Below, piece after piece: positions 11,495 to 22,213 of a stretch of DNA of 64,000 nt. A program made the translations under genes and the position numbers. Source of the stretch: Centroscyllium fabricii (taxonomy: Eukaryota); NCBI GenBank assembly GCA_051313645.2, contig JBNRSN020000009.1, forward strand, positions 25,730,001-25,794,000, written 5' to 3'. The notes beneath the pieces were generated by a model. The model did no database searches. It saw nothing but the letters and a program-made list of their open reading frames with translations, and was not told the DNA's origin. Numbering within the stretch: position 1 is the stretch's first letter; each line of letters begins with the position of its first letter.

Positions 11495-12771
11495 TATCAG
11501 GCAGCATATTCCAAATCCTAGCCACTCGTTGGGAAAGAAGCTTTTCCTCGTGTCGCCACTGGTTCTTTGTGCCATTTACCTTTTATTTCCTCCTCCGCTG
11601 AAACCCTAACCCATGTTTTCCTAACCTCCAGGATAGATTTCTAAAATGCACTCCCCTCTCCTCCACCCTCCAAACTTCAGCTGATCCAGAACTGGTGACC
11701 CATATCCCTCTGTGGCGTTCCCATTGCGGGCAGTGGTGTCAGCACAGAGCACTCCCACACACCCATGTCACCAGTGATCTTATTCACACATACCTCCCAG
11801 CCTACACCCTCCTGTCTCTGGATCACTGCTTGACCCCCCCCCCACTCCCTGCTTTGCTTCATCAGAGACTGAACTTGCAGCCACTGTACTCCTGCTCTTG
11901 GCATTCTGGACTGCCTGAGCATCGTGCTCTCTCCTCCTGAAGCCTCACTGGAGGTCAGGAATGTGCAGGTATCGGTCACTGAGGGAGGCTCAGGAGACTG
12001 AGGAACGCCAAGGCACCATTAGTTAAGAGCTGTATTTGAAATGCCAAGGAACTCTAATGCTACCGCTAGTTTACACAGAACTGTTTTAGGTCATGTCTTT
12101 GGCTGTTGGAGCTGTGGAGTTCACCCAGTTTGCACTGCTGTGCGATCCCACAACAGGTAAACTGTGCGGCAATTATTTAAAAGTCACAATCTTTAATTTC
12201 TGGGTCACGGACTTTCCTTTAACACAAAGTAAACACCATTGCTATTCAACATAAACGGGATAAAGGCAAAACGACTTCTAGAGGTGGCTCCAAGGGGGTG
12301 CCATTAGTACTGTCATTAATATAGCATTAAACACAAACGGGGAATGCCAGAACACACTGGTGCTGCTAAAGGCCCTGTCACACCTTGACGTTTTAGCCAG
12401 CGTATGCAAATTTGGCTAAAACGCTGAACTTTCGACTTTTTTGTCAGTTTTCGGCGTATAATAGCGTATTCATAACGTATTGGACGTATGCATAACGTAT
12501 TAGTAACGTACACAGAACGTATCGATATCTTTATAACAACTTATACCAACGAATGCTTAGCGTGTTGTCGGCGTTCACAACTTATGCCCAACGATAGTCT
12601 AACGTATGCATAGCACGCGGCAGCGTATCGCCGACGATCACATGGTGTAGCCTATTCAAAGGCTGTCATTGGACGATTCAAATCATACCACTAGACATTT
12701 AAGTGCAGCTCCACCCACCCAAACTGATTCCAGTTCTACATTCGAATGTGCCTTGAGAAGTCTATTTAAAA

Positions 12772-13299
12772 ATGCCCAGGAAAAGTTGTAAGAAGTCTCC
12801 TGGCCGTGGACGCGGACGCGGACGCATGGAGGATCCATCACCCACACCCTTCCCATCACGCTCACCCTCTGACGGAGAGGATGCTGGTTCCAACGCCTCT
12901 CGGGCATCGTCGGTGGCTGCGTCCGTGGCCTCCACCTCCTCTCAAACAACCCTTGCGAAGAAGAGGGCCAAGAAGACACAGTTTTGTCTTGATGTTGAAG
13001 AGGAGCAGCTGATGTGCAATTTTCTTTTTGAGAACGCCATCCTCTGGGACATTAAGAAAACTGACTACCGGAGGGTGGACAAGAAGGCAAAGCTCTGGGA
13101 GGATCAGGCAAAGGCCATGGGGAAGAGTGTCGAGCACCTTCAAGGGTGGTTCAAGTCCCTGCGAGACACCCACACCCGTCTCCACAAGAAGAAGAGCGGT
13201 GATGGCGCCCCATTCCTGACAGAGAGGGAGCAGTGGGTGAAGGCAAAGTTCGGCTTCCTCAAGACTGTGGTCCGCCATCGTCCTGAGCCCGTCCACAGT
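12772..13299 (+). CDS. Transposon MADF (Myb/SANT-like) DNA-binding protein, exon 1
   Basis: LWDIKKTDYRRVDKKAKLWEDQA...WFKSLRD...KKSGDG...W..AKFGFL is the MADF pattern. Basic N-terminus; donor AGT|GTAAGT. Confidence 0.82.
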
Positions 13300-13411
13300 G
13301 TAAGTATAAACACATATTAATATCCATAATAATATTTATTTATATTAGTTTTACTGTACTTTGCCTCGTATTTTTGCATTGTATTTTACTAATCAATTGT
13401 CATAATTGCAG

Positions 13412-14143
13412 GTAAAGGAAACCATTGCAGCACACAGCGGGGACCTCGAGGCTGGCGAGGCTGCCTGTGCAGAGATGATGTTGCTTGACGACAGCACACC
13501 CTCCCCTGTCCCCAGGGGGAAGCGTGGCCAGGACGATGACCAGCTGCAGTCACTCCAGAAGAGGCTGCACGAGACTGGGGAGCTCCTCAAAAATCTGGCA
13601 CAGCCTCAGCCCATCACAACCACCTCAGCCTTCGCCAACTACGTGCGTGACACCCTGGTCAGCATGCCCATCCGCAAATTCCAGGAAGCAAGGTTGCGCA
13701 TCAACACCATCTTCACTGAGCTGCTGGTGGAGGACACTGAGGAAGAAACCCCCATTTACGTGCGATCACCTTCAGCACCAGCTACCTACACCCCCACGGC
13801 GTCGCCGATGTTCCAGCAACATACCCACAGGTGGAGACACACGGCACCGGCTGCGTCAGTCTGTGGACCGTACCACCAGATGATGCCACATTATGAGCAG
13901 GTGATGCCTCCTCCCCCTCAGCTTGTGTTCCAGCATCCTCCTCCTCCTCTGATGACGCAGCAGCCAAGCCTCGCCTCTTCATCTGCTGCTATAGGCTCGG
14001 CTGGCCAGGTACTGAACCAGAGCCAAAGCACCTTTGACAGTAGTGAGATGTTTAATATCTCAGGATTCAGCATTTCCAGCGGTCCTAATGCTGCAAGCAG
14101 CCCGTCTGGGGAGCTGAACGCACTTCCACCATCAGAGGACTGA
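13412..14143 (+). CDS. Transposon MADF protein, exon 2 (BESS-like motif, P/S/Q-rich tail)
   Basis: 112-bp AT-rich intron with TACTAAT branch point and ttgcag acceptor; phase 0 join gives 419 aa. AFANYVRDTLVSMP..KFQEARLRI is BESS-like. AATAAA overlaps the stop. Confidence 0.78.
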   Translation, partial: VKETIAAHSGDLEAGEAACAEMMLLDDSTPSPVPRGKRGQDDDQLQSLQKRLHETGELLKNLAQPQPITTTSAFANYVRDTLVSMPIRKFQEARLRINTIFTELLVEDTEEETPIYVRSPSAPATYTPTASPMFQQHTHRWRHTAPAASVCGPYHQMMPHYEQVMPPPPQLVFQHPPPPLMTQQPSLASSSAAIGSAGQVLNQSQSTFDSSEMFNISGFSISSGPNAASSPSGELNALPPSED

Positions 14144-15075
14144 ATAAAAGGTGACATTGTTTTTGCCATGTTTGTGCAATTTTGTATATAGGTTTGATTT
14201 TTCGATTGTTTTTTCCATGTTTGTGCAATTTTGTATATAGGTTTGATGTTTCAGAGAAGTTGAGATTGTTTTTGCCATGTTTGTGCCATTTTGTCTATAC
14301 GTTTTTAGACCATTGTTATCATGTTAAATTATTTAATAAAAGTTGAGCAAACTCTTGATGTTTGTTGATGTTATTGTTTTAATATTTAAATCATAAACAA
14401 TAATTAACAATAATAAATTCATACACTTTGGAAAAGGTATAATAATATAATGGAGAGAGAGAGGGGGAGAGGGAGTGGGGAGAGACCGGGAGAGAGAGCG
14501 AGGGAGAGAGAGATAGTGGGGAGAGAGAGAGAGAGTGGGGAGAAAAGGCTTTTTAAGATGTTCATCAGGAGCTGTAAGTTAGAAACACGTTCAGTAAGTT
14601 CTGTGGTCGTCCGGAAGACGTCAAATACGTCAATATGCGTTGGAGATACGTTACACATAAGTTCAAAGCACGTTACTCATAGGTTAGACATAAGTTCCAG
14701 GTACGCTAAACATTATCTCGACGTATTTTGACGTATGACTAACTTACAAGTAACGTGTGTCAACGATCGCCTAACGTGCCTACAACGTATGGCCAGCGTA
14801 TGCGGAACGTTTAAATCATATGCTAGATACGTCGAGATTTTTTGTGCATGCTCAAAAAATCTCGACTTATTCGAAGAACAACGACGTATACAACGTATGT
14901 CCAGCGTATGCCAGCGTGCTCTTAACGTATACAAAACGTACCCATAACGTATCCGACGTAAACCAGCGTTTTAGCCAAATTTGCATACGCTGGCTAAAAC
15001 GTCAAGGTGTGACAGGGCCTTTAGAAACTTTTTCTTCAGTGATGAAGAAAAGCATAGTAAATGCTTCTTTTTTTA

Positions 15076-15253
15076 AATGCAAGAAGTCACACAACACCAG
15101 ATTATAGTCCAACAGTTTTATTTTAAATCACAAGCTCTCGGAGCTCCAAAAGCTTGTGATTTAAAATGAAACTGTTGGACTATAATCTGGTGTTGTGTGA
15201 CTTCTTGCATTTGTCCACCCCAGTCCAACACCAGCACCTCCACATCATGGCTG
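15076..15253. mobile_element. Penelope-like hairpin, short version
   Basis: Same family with inverted arms; lies about 55 bp from the Harbinger right end. Confidence 0.7.
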
Positions 15254-15637
15254 CTTTTTTTAAAGCATCTGATTACAATGTAGTGTTATCCCGAGGGCAG
15301 GAACACCTTCAAATTGGGTTTACTGATTATGACACAATTAATGCACGTGTATTGAAAAACAATCTAAGTTTGATTTAGAGAAATTCCAGGGGAAAATTCC
15401 TCTTTGCGGGAAACAGGAAAATGATGGTTTTCCTCCCTAATTGATGCTTGGCTACTGAAATCACAGAATGCACAGCTTTGAAACGTACTATTTGAGAATG
15501 GGATTGTATAACAGGTCAGTAACTTGGAAAAAAACAGGCATTCTCCCTTTTATTATTAAAAGAAAATGTCACCCCTTTACGTCCAATATATATTACACCG
15601 TGTATATTAATGTATTAAGCCACAGGGCGAATCAGTT

Positions 15638-16020
15638 GGGCGGCACGGTGGCACAGTGGTTAGCACTGTTGCCTCACAGCTCTGGAGACCCGGGTTCAAA
15701 TCCAGCCTCGGGTACTATCTGTGTGGAGTTTGCACATTCTCCCCGTGTCTGCGTGGGTTTCCTCCGGGTGCTCCGGTTTCCTCCCACAGTCCAAAGATGT
15801 GCGGGTTAGGTTGATTGGCCAGGATAAAATTGACCCTTAGTGTTAGGGGGATTGAATATGTGGGGTTACGGGGATAGGGTGGGATATGTGTCGGCTGGAT
15901 AGGGATATGGGGAGAAGGCAGGGACAGGGTACTGGGTTTGGATGATCAGCCATGATCTCATCGAATGGCGGAGCAGGCTCGAAGCGCCGAAGGGCCTACT
16001 CCTGCTCCTATCTTCTCTGT
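15638..16020 (+). mobile_element. V-SINE (HE1-like), full length
   Basis: Same structure; ends about 100 bp before Crescent exon 2. Confidence 0.85.
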
Positions 16021-16127
16021 TTCTCCCAACTGGGATCGACTTGTGCACTTGTCGGAAGAGAATTTATTGCGGAAGAGAATTGCATGAAATAATTTCTAAT
16101 TTCCTCTTGATTTTTGCCCTGTTGAAG

Positions 16128-16297
16128 GTTTATATACCCTTGTCACAGCCTCTGTGTAGCAGTGAGGAGCAGCTGTGCCCCCATCATGGCCTGCTATGGC
16201 TACCCGTGGCCAGAAATACTGAACTGCAACAATTTCCCTGCTGACCACGGCATGTGCATCTCCACCATCAGCAACAAGACAGCATCACACAGAAGGA
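16128..16297 (+). CDS. frzb2: Crescent exon 2: second half of the Frizzled CRD
   Basis: gttgaag|G TTT ATA TAC..., giving RFIYPCHSLCVAVRSSCAPIMACYGYPWPEILNCNNFPADHGMCISTISNKTASHRR. Donor A|gtaagt; phase 2 in, phase 1 out. Confidence 0.92.
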
Positions 16298-16919
16298 GTA
16301 AGTGGTTTTGATTGAACAGTGGATTTTCATGTAACGGCATATCATACAACAAAACCACACTCAACATATTCACATCAATCCTCAGATAAGCATCAATAGA
16401 TTTTTGGTTACTAAGGGAACCGAGGTACATGGGGATAGTGCAGGAAGGTGGAGTTGAGGGCAAAGATCAGCCATGATCTTATTGAATAGAAGAGCGGACT
16501 TGAAGGGCCGAACGGTCCACTCCTGCTCCTATTTCTTATGTCCTGGTTATAACCTTCAAACTATTTCAATCTAGTTTCTAGTACTAATTTTTTTTTATTT
16601 TTTATTATTCATTGATGGGATGTGGGCGTCGCTGGCTGGCTAGGCCTGCATTTAGTGCCCATCCCTAATTGCCCTTGAGAAGATGGTGGTGAGCCGCCTT
16701 CTTGAACCGCTGCAGTCCATATGGTATAGATACACCCACAATGTTGCGTAGCGGTTGTTTACAACTGAGTGGCTTGCTGGGCCATATCAGAGGGTATTAA
16801 GAGTCAACCACATTGCTGTGGGTCTGGAGTCACATGTAGGCCAGACCAGGTAAGGATGGCAGATTTCCTTCCCTAAAGGACATTAGTGAACCAGATGGAT
16901 TTTTGCAACAATCGAATCA

Positions 16920-17190
16920 TGGAGTCATAGAGCCATACAGCACAGAAAGAGGCCCTTCGGCCCATCACGTCCGTGCCGCCCATCCAAACCTAGTCTATTC
17001 TAATCCCACTTTCCTGCATTTGGACCGTAGCCTTGTATGTTGTAACCTTTCAGGTGTACATCCAAATGCTTCTTGAACGTTGTGACTGTTCCCGCCTCTA
17101 CCACCCTTTCAGGAAGTGAGTTCCAGACTCCAACCACCCTCTGGGTGAAAAAGTTCTTCCTCACATCCCCCCAAAACCTCCCGCCTCTCA
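16920..17190 (-). mobile_element. CR1 3' fragment
   Basis: FFTQRVVGVWNSLP on the minus strand. Confidence 0.8.
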
Positions 17191-17894
17191 CCCTGTATCC
17201 TCATGGTCGCCATTACTAAGACTAATTCCAGAATTAAATTGAATTGAATTTAAATTCCACCAGCTGCCGTGGTGGGATTTGAACCCATATCCTCAGAGCA
17301 TTTGACTGAGCCTCTGGCTTACTAGTCTGGTGACATAACCACTACGCCACCGCCTCCCCCCACTAATACGAAGATAAGGAAGCATAAGATGCAAAATAAA
17401 GTCACTAGGATCATCCAGCCTGTTTCTTTGGGAAGGACTTTAGAATATCTGCACTGTTCATTGCATGTATTCGCTAAACCACAAAGTGGAACAATACCAG
17501 TTGTCGCTTGGAATTCTCCACATGACAAACCCTGTCAGGTCAAGAGGAGGAGAAAGTGAGAATCATTTGTGTTGCTCTCCTGCGGTTATTGCATTCCGTT
17601 CGAAATCTGGAAGCAACTTAGATTCTCGGCAGGAAATAATCCATGAAGCAGGAGGATCCTCTAATCTAGAGACTGGTTCTAGAAACCCTACAGGCACACT
17701 GGCTGATCAGGTAACAGCACAGATTGATCAAACCTGGTCTATATCGCTCAGCTCCTCTCTAGGTAAACTCACTAGGCCACTGTTGATTGTAATTTCAGAC
17801 AAGTGCAGTACATCTTAATTTGACAGACACCGTGTAAGGTTAAATGCAGTGTCGTGGTTATATTACTGTACTGATCATTCAGAGGCCTGGATTT

Positions 17895-18398
17895 ATAGAA
17901 ACTAGGAGCAGGAGTAGGCCCTTCGAGCCTGCTCCGCCATTCAATGAGATCATGGCTGATCATCCAAACCCAGCACCCCGCCCCTGCCCTCTCCCCATAT
18001 CCCTCGATCCCTATCGAGCCTGTATCGACACATATCCCACCCTATCCCCATAACCCCACATATTCAATCCCCCTAACACTAAGGGTCAATTTATCCTGGC
18101 CAATCAACCTAACCCGCACATCTTTGGACTGTGGGAGGAAACCGGAGCACCCGGAGGAAACCCACGCAGACACTGGGAGAGGGCAGGGGTGGGATACTGG
18201 GTTTCGATGATCAGCCATGATCCAATTGAGTGGCGGAGCAGGCTCGAAGGGCCGAATGGCCTACTCCTGCTCCTAGTTTCTATGTTTCTATGTTTCTAAT
18301 GTGCAAACTCCACACAGATAGTACCCGAGGCTGGATTTGAACCCGGGTCTCCAGTGCTGTGAGACAACAGTGCTAACCACTGTGCCACCGTGCCGCCC
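17895..18398 (-). mobile_element. V-SINE with an inverted SINE/LINE tail inserted at about 18178-18298
   Basis: Reverse complement of the 15638 copy, interrupted by a plus-strand tail. Confidence 0.8.
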
Positions 18399-19227
18399 GT
18401 TATAATAGAGTTCAGATCTCCGCACAGCAGTTTGAGAATTTGAAATCAGTTTTTAAAATCCGGAAATGGAAAAACTGTCTCAGTGAACAGTGCCTGGAAC
18501 CTGTTGGATTGTCATTAAAAACCCAATTGATTAGTTAATGGCTTTAGGGAAGGAAATCTTCTGTCCTTATCCGATCGGACTTATCCACGACTCCAGTCCC
18601 ACTCGAACTTCACTGACTCTTAACTGAAGTGGCCTAGCAACACCCACTTGTATCACCAACATCTCAGGGCAACTAGGGATAGGTAATAGACGCAGGCCTG
18701 GTCAGCGACACCAACGTCCCAAGAATTCATTTTAACAACATGCTCTACACCACTATGGTGTTGGTCTCCAATATTTAAATATGAATGGTATTTACAGTGT
18801 GCACTTTTTACAATAAAGATGCAGTTGAAGTAAATAACAGTGGACTTTCGTATATAAACATGGCCAACATTCCATTATTATCCCTCTTTGGACCTTTTTT
18901 ATCCCCTTTTAAGTGGCAGTTTGGTAATTCAGGTCTATATAAGCGTTTATAACATGGGCATTTCAATGGGTTCTCTTTGTACAGAGACAGAATGTACAGT
19001 AAACCAGAGCAAATGCTGAAAACTGGAAATCAAGCTTGATTTTTTTCCTCACCCTCCATCCGTGCAGGCATACTCTCCTGTAGGGATCATTAGATAGTGG
19101 AAGTCCTGGCAATTTCCCCCCCATCCCCCAAAGTCTTGGAGCACTAAGGCTAATTGTGGCAGCACTGTTGCTACCATCGATGAGATCGGGTACCTCTGTA
19201 CAGACCAGAGACGAAACGTAGAACTGT

Positions 19228-20014
19228 GGGGGGGGGATTTTCATGTCCCCGTGAGGCAGGGTTTTCGGCGGGTCGGCCGGCAAAATAGCGGAACCGGTGG
19301 GTCGCGACACCCCCCCCCCTTGCCGGATCCCCGCCGCTTTTACATTTTCCCCCGCCCTGTCTCCCCGCCCCAAATCTTTCCCGCCGGCAGCGATGGTTTG
19401 TCAGCTCATTAAGGGCCCTTAGGAAATTTCACCTGTAATGCCATTTTAAGGGCCCTTAGGAATTTTCACCCCCTTCCCACCCTAACCCTGCCATCCTTAA
19501 ACCCCACTAGTGAAAACCCAGCGGGAGCACAGTGGTCTTCCTAACTTTCTCCTTCAAGGTGTTGAAGGACCTGGAGCAAAATGCTTCCCAGGCCTTCAAT
19601 ACCCTGGAGGAGTAAGTCACTCCCTTGGCTCAAGACCAGCTGTGACCAAAAACTTAAAAATCTTACTTTTCCAGATTTGCTGACAGCCGGTGGCTAGCTG
19701 TCAAAGATTCGGATCCCGTCCGCCCACCTGTCAGTCACCAGCACTTGGCCTTTCCCATTGGTTCCACTCCCACTGTGATGTCACAGTGGAGTGTTTCCAT
19801 GGGAACTGTCAACAACCAGTCCTGGAACTGTCGGTCAAGCTCCTCGCAGCCTACTGGAGCTCCGACTCGATTGAGTCAATTACCACCGGCTCCCCGCACG
19901 CGGGGATTTAAAATGATCAATTAAATGAAAATTGTGCCGGCTTCCCAGGCCCTTGGCCGGGTGGGACAGGAACCCGCCCCAACCAATCCCCGCACTTCCA
20001 GGAAAATCCCCCCC
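19228..20014. mobile_element. Non-autonomous TIR element (Harbinger-like)
   Basis: GGGGGGGATTTTC ... GAAAATCCCCCCC termini; GC-rich ends. Confidence 0.55.
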
Positions 20015-20175
20015 TCCAGTCTGTATAAGTCAGTACCATACATGGTAGTGCATCAGTCCACTAAACCATTGGGGTGTTGCAAATCATTTCCCCCCAATCT
20101 TCTCTTCAATAAATTGCACTCTTTTTGTTGCAACCCAATCAATCTCCGGTTAAGCACGTATAGGTTTCTAACTTT

Positions 20176-20885
20176 GGCCCAGAAATTGGCCTCTGAACCC
20201 GTGAGTACGGACGGGGTCCTCACCCGTAGGCCATTGGAAAGTGCCGGTTTCCTGCATGCACTGCGCATGCGCGGGAAACCGGCACTTCCGTTCCCCGAAC
20301 TAAGGGGTTACGCGGTGAAGCGCGGGAGCGGCAGCCCGTGCGCATTGCACTTACGCTGTTTTTACAGGTGTTTCTGTCCGGGTAAGTAAGAAAAAGTTAG
20401 ACATGGAAAAACAAGGCCTGCTTTTAACAAGGTAAGTGCTGAATTAATTCAAATTAAAAACATTTTTTACTCTCCGGTTTATTATTTTTAAATACTTTAA
20501 AGAAAGGTAAGTTAATTTTTAGGAAAAATAATTAATTTTTTCAAATTTAAATTGTTTAAAATAGTTATTTCATGTAATTTAGTTATTTTACAAATGTGAT
20601 GTTTTTAAAAACATTTTATTTGAAGTTTCAGTGATGTTTCAGGGCTTGTAGTTTTCATAGTTTTGACAGCTCTTCCTGTCAAACTTATGAATGGAGCATT
20701 CTCTGCTCCGATTGACTCTCCGTGGCCCATGTGATCCATCGCACTATCTTCGCCACTGGGATACGTGAGCGCAGTGCGCCGGCAGTTGAAGCAGGCCCCA
20801 GATCGGAATCTCATGCGGGCCCACAGCTCAACGGCCGGCGCGCAAGGTTAAGCGCAGGGAAGCCTCCAACCCAAATTTCTGGGCC
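20176..20885. mobile_element. Non-autonomous TIR element (Harbinger-like)
   Basis: GGCCCAGAAATT ... AATTTCTGGGCC termini; GC-rich ends and AT-rich core. Confidence 0.65.
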
Positions 20886-21171
20886 AATATGTTAAACAAA
20901 TTCTGCATTACAATCCTATTCCATAATCTAGGCAAATGCCTGAAGTAGCACTGAAGGGCTGCTTCATTGGAGATGTCATCTTTTGGAGAAGACATTAATT
21001 GAGGCTCTGTCTGCCGAGTCGGGTGGATTTGGAAGATCTGATGACTCATTTTCCAAAGAGGAGCATGCAGTCCTCCCAGAGTGCAGGTCAACATTCAGCC
21101 CTTAAACACCAGCAAACAGACTCTCATTTACTCTTTTGCACATTGACTGCCATGTTAGTGTAAAAAACAAT

Positions 21172-21907
21172 GGCCCAGAAATTAGCCTTGGAGCCTTCGT
21201 GCGAGTGCAAGGCTCCAAGGTACACTTACCCTGCACTTCTGCCGTTTTGCAATTATGGGATGTGAACTCCCGAGTTGTACAGCTGCTGAAAGCTCCAAGC
21301 GACCGGCTGGTGCAACTGAACGTCACAGTTAGTGCGAGATATCGCACGAGACCGCGTGATCTGCAGGGAGCCAATGAATGGAAGCAATCCTCCATTCATA
21401 ACTTACACAGAGAAATTGAAAAGGAAGAGCTTCAAAAACACATCTAAACACAAAAATAACATTTAAAAAAACACCACATTTTAACAATACTCTAACTAAC
21501 ATAAATTACCTATTTTAAAGAAAAAATAAAAATTTAGAAAAAAAAATTAACATTTTTAACTGGCCTAAAAGAATACTTACCGGTCTTTAAAGTTTAAAAA
21601 AAATTAAAAACCTGTTAAAACAATACTTAAATTGAATAAAATAAAGACTTACCTGCTAAAAACGCGTGGTTACAGCTGATATTTTAAAATGTAAAATCTT
21701 CCATACTTACCCCGATAAAAAACGCTGATCGGAAGTGCACTGCGCACCTCCTGGTGCACAGGCGAATGCGATCCAGATTGCGACCCCCCGCTGGACGCCA
21801 TCGGAATTGCAGGTAGCAGCTGGAAACGGCTGCTCCCTGCAGTTAGGAGCTCGGGTGCGCGAGTCCCCGGCTCCAAAACCTCCTGCGCTCATCGGAATTT
21901 TTGGCCC
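21172..21907. mobile_element. Non-autonomous TIR element (Harbinger-like, AAT TSD)
   Basis: AAT|GGCCCAGAAATT ... AATTTTTGGCCC|AAT. Confidence 0.68.
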
Positions 21908-22213
21908 AATGACTACACTTCAAGAAAGAAATTAATTGACTTTGGAATGCTCTCAGTGTGAAATGTGCAATATAAATGTAAACTCTTTATTTTCTCTATT
22001 GCTCGAAAAAAGCTTCTCTGTCGAATCACTATAAATAATGCCCTTTTAGTTTTGTTTTTAAAAAACAACCTACTCCAGGCCTCTTTTGTGCTTCTTGCAG
22101 TAGATGGATCAACAGCAGAGTCAACAAAGACCTAAAAGTATCAATTCCCCCCACCCCACCCCCTCCTCACAAAGCTAGGAAATGGCAGGGTCAGTTCATT
22201 GTCGAGCTTTGTA

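Larger units (their letters stand above)
12371..15019 (+). mobile_element. PIF/Harbinger-superfamily DNA transposon lacking a transposase
   Basis: Perfect 56-bp TIRs GGCCCTGTCACACC...AAAACGCTG at 12371-12426 and 14964-15019. Subterminal regions are rich in ACGT/CGTAT motifs, and there is an internal MADF gene. Confidence 0.85.

Noticed and set aside
14419-14658. Minus-strand ORF as a remnant Harbinger transposase
   Set aside because: Mostly a GA-rich simple repeat with no DDE motifs.
15942-16244. ORF track protein overlapping Crescent exon 2
   Set aside because: Wrong frame and begins in a SINE; the real exon is defined by splice sites at 16128 and 16297.
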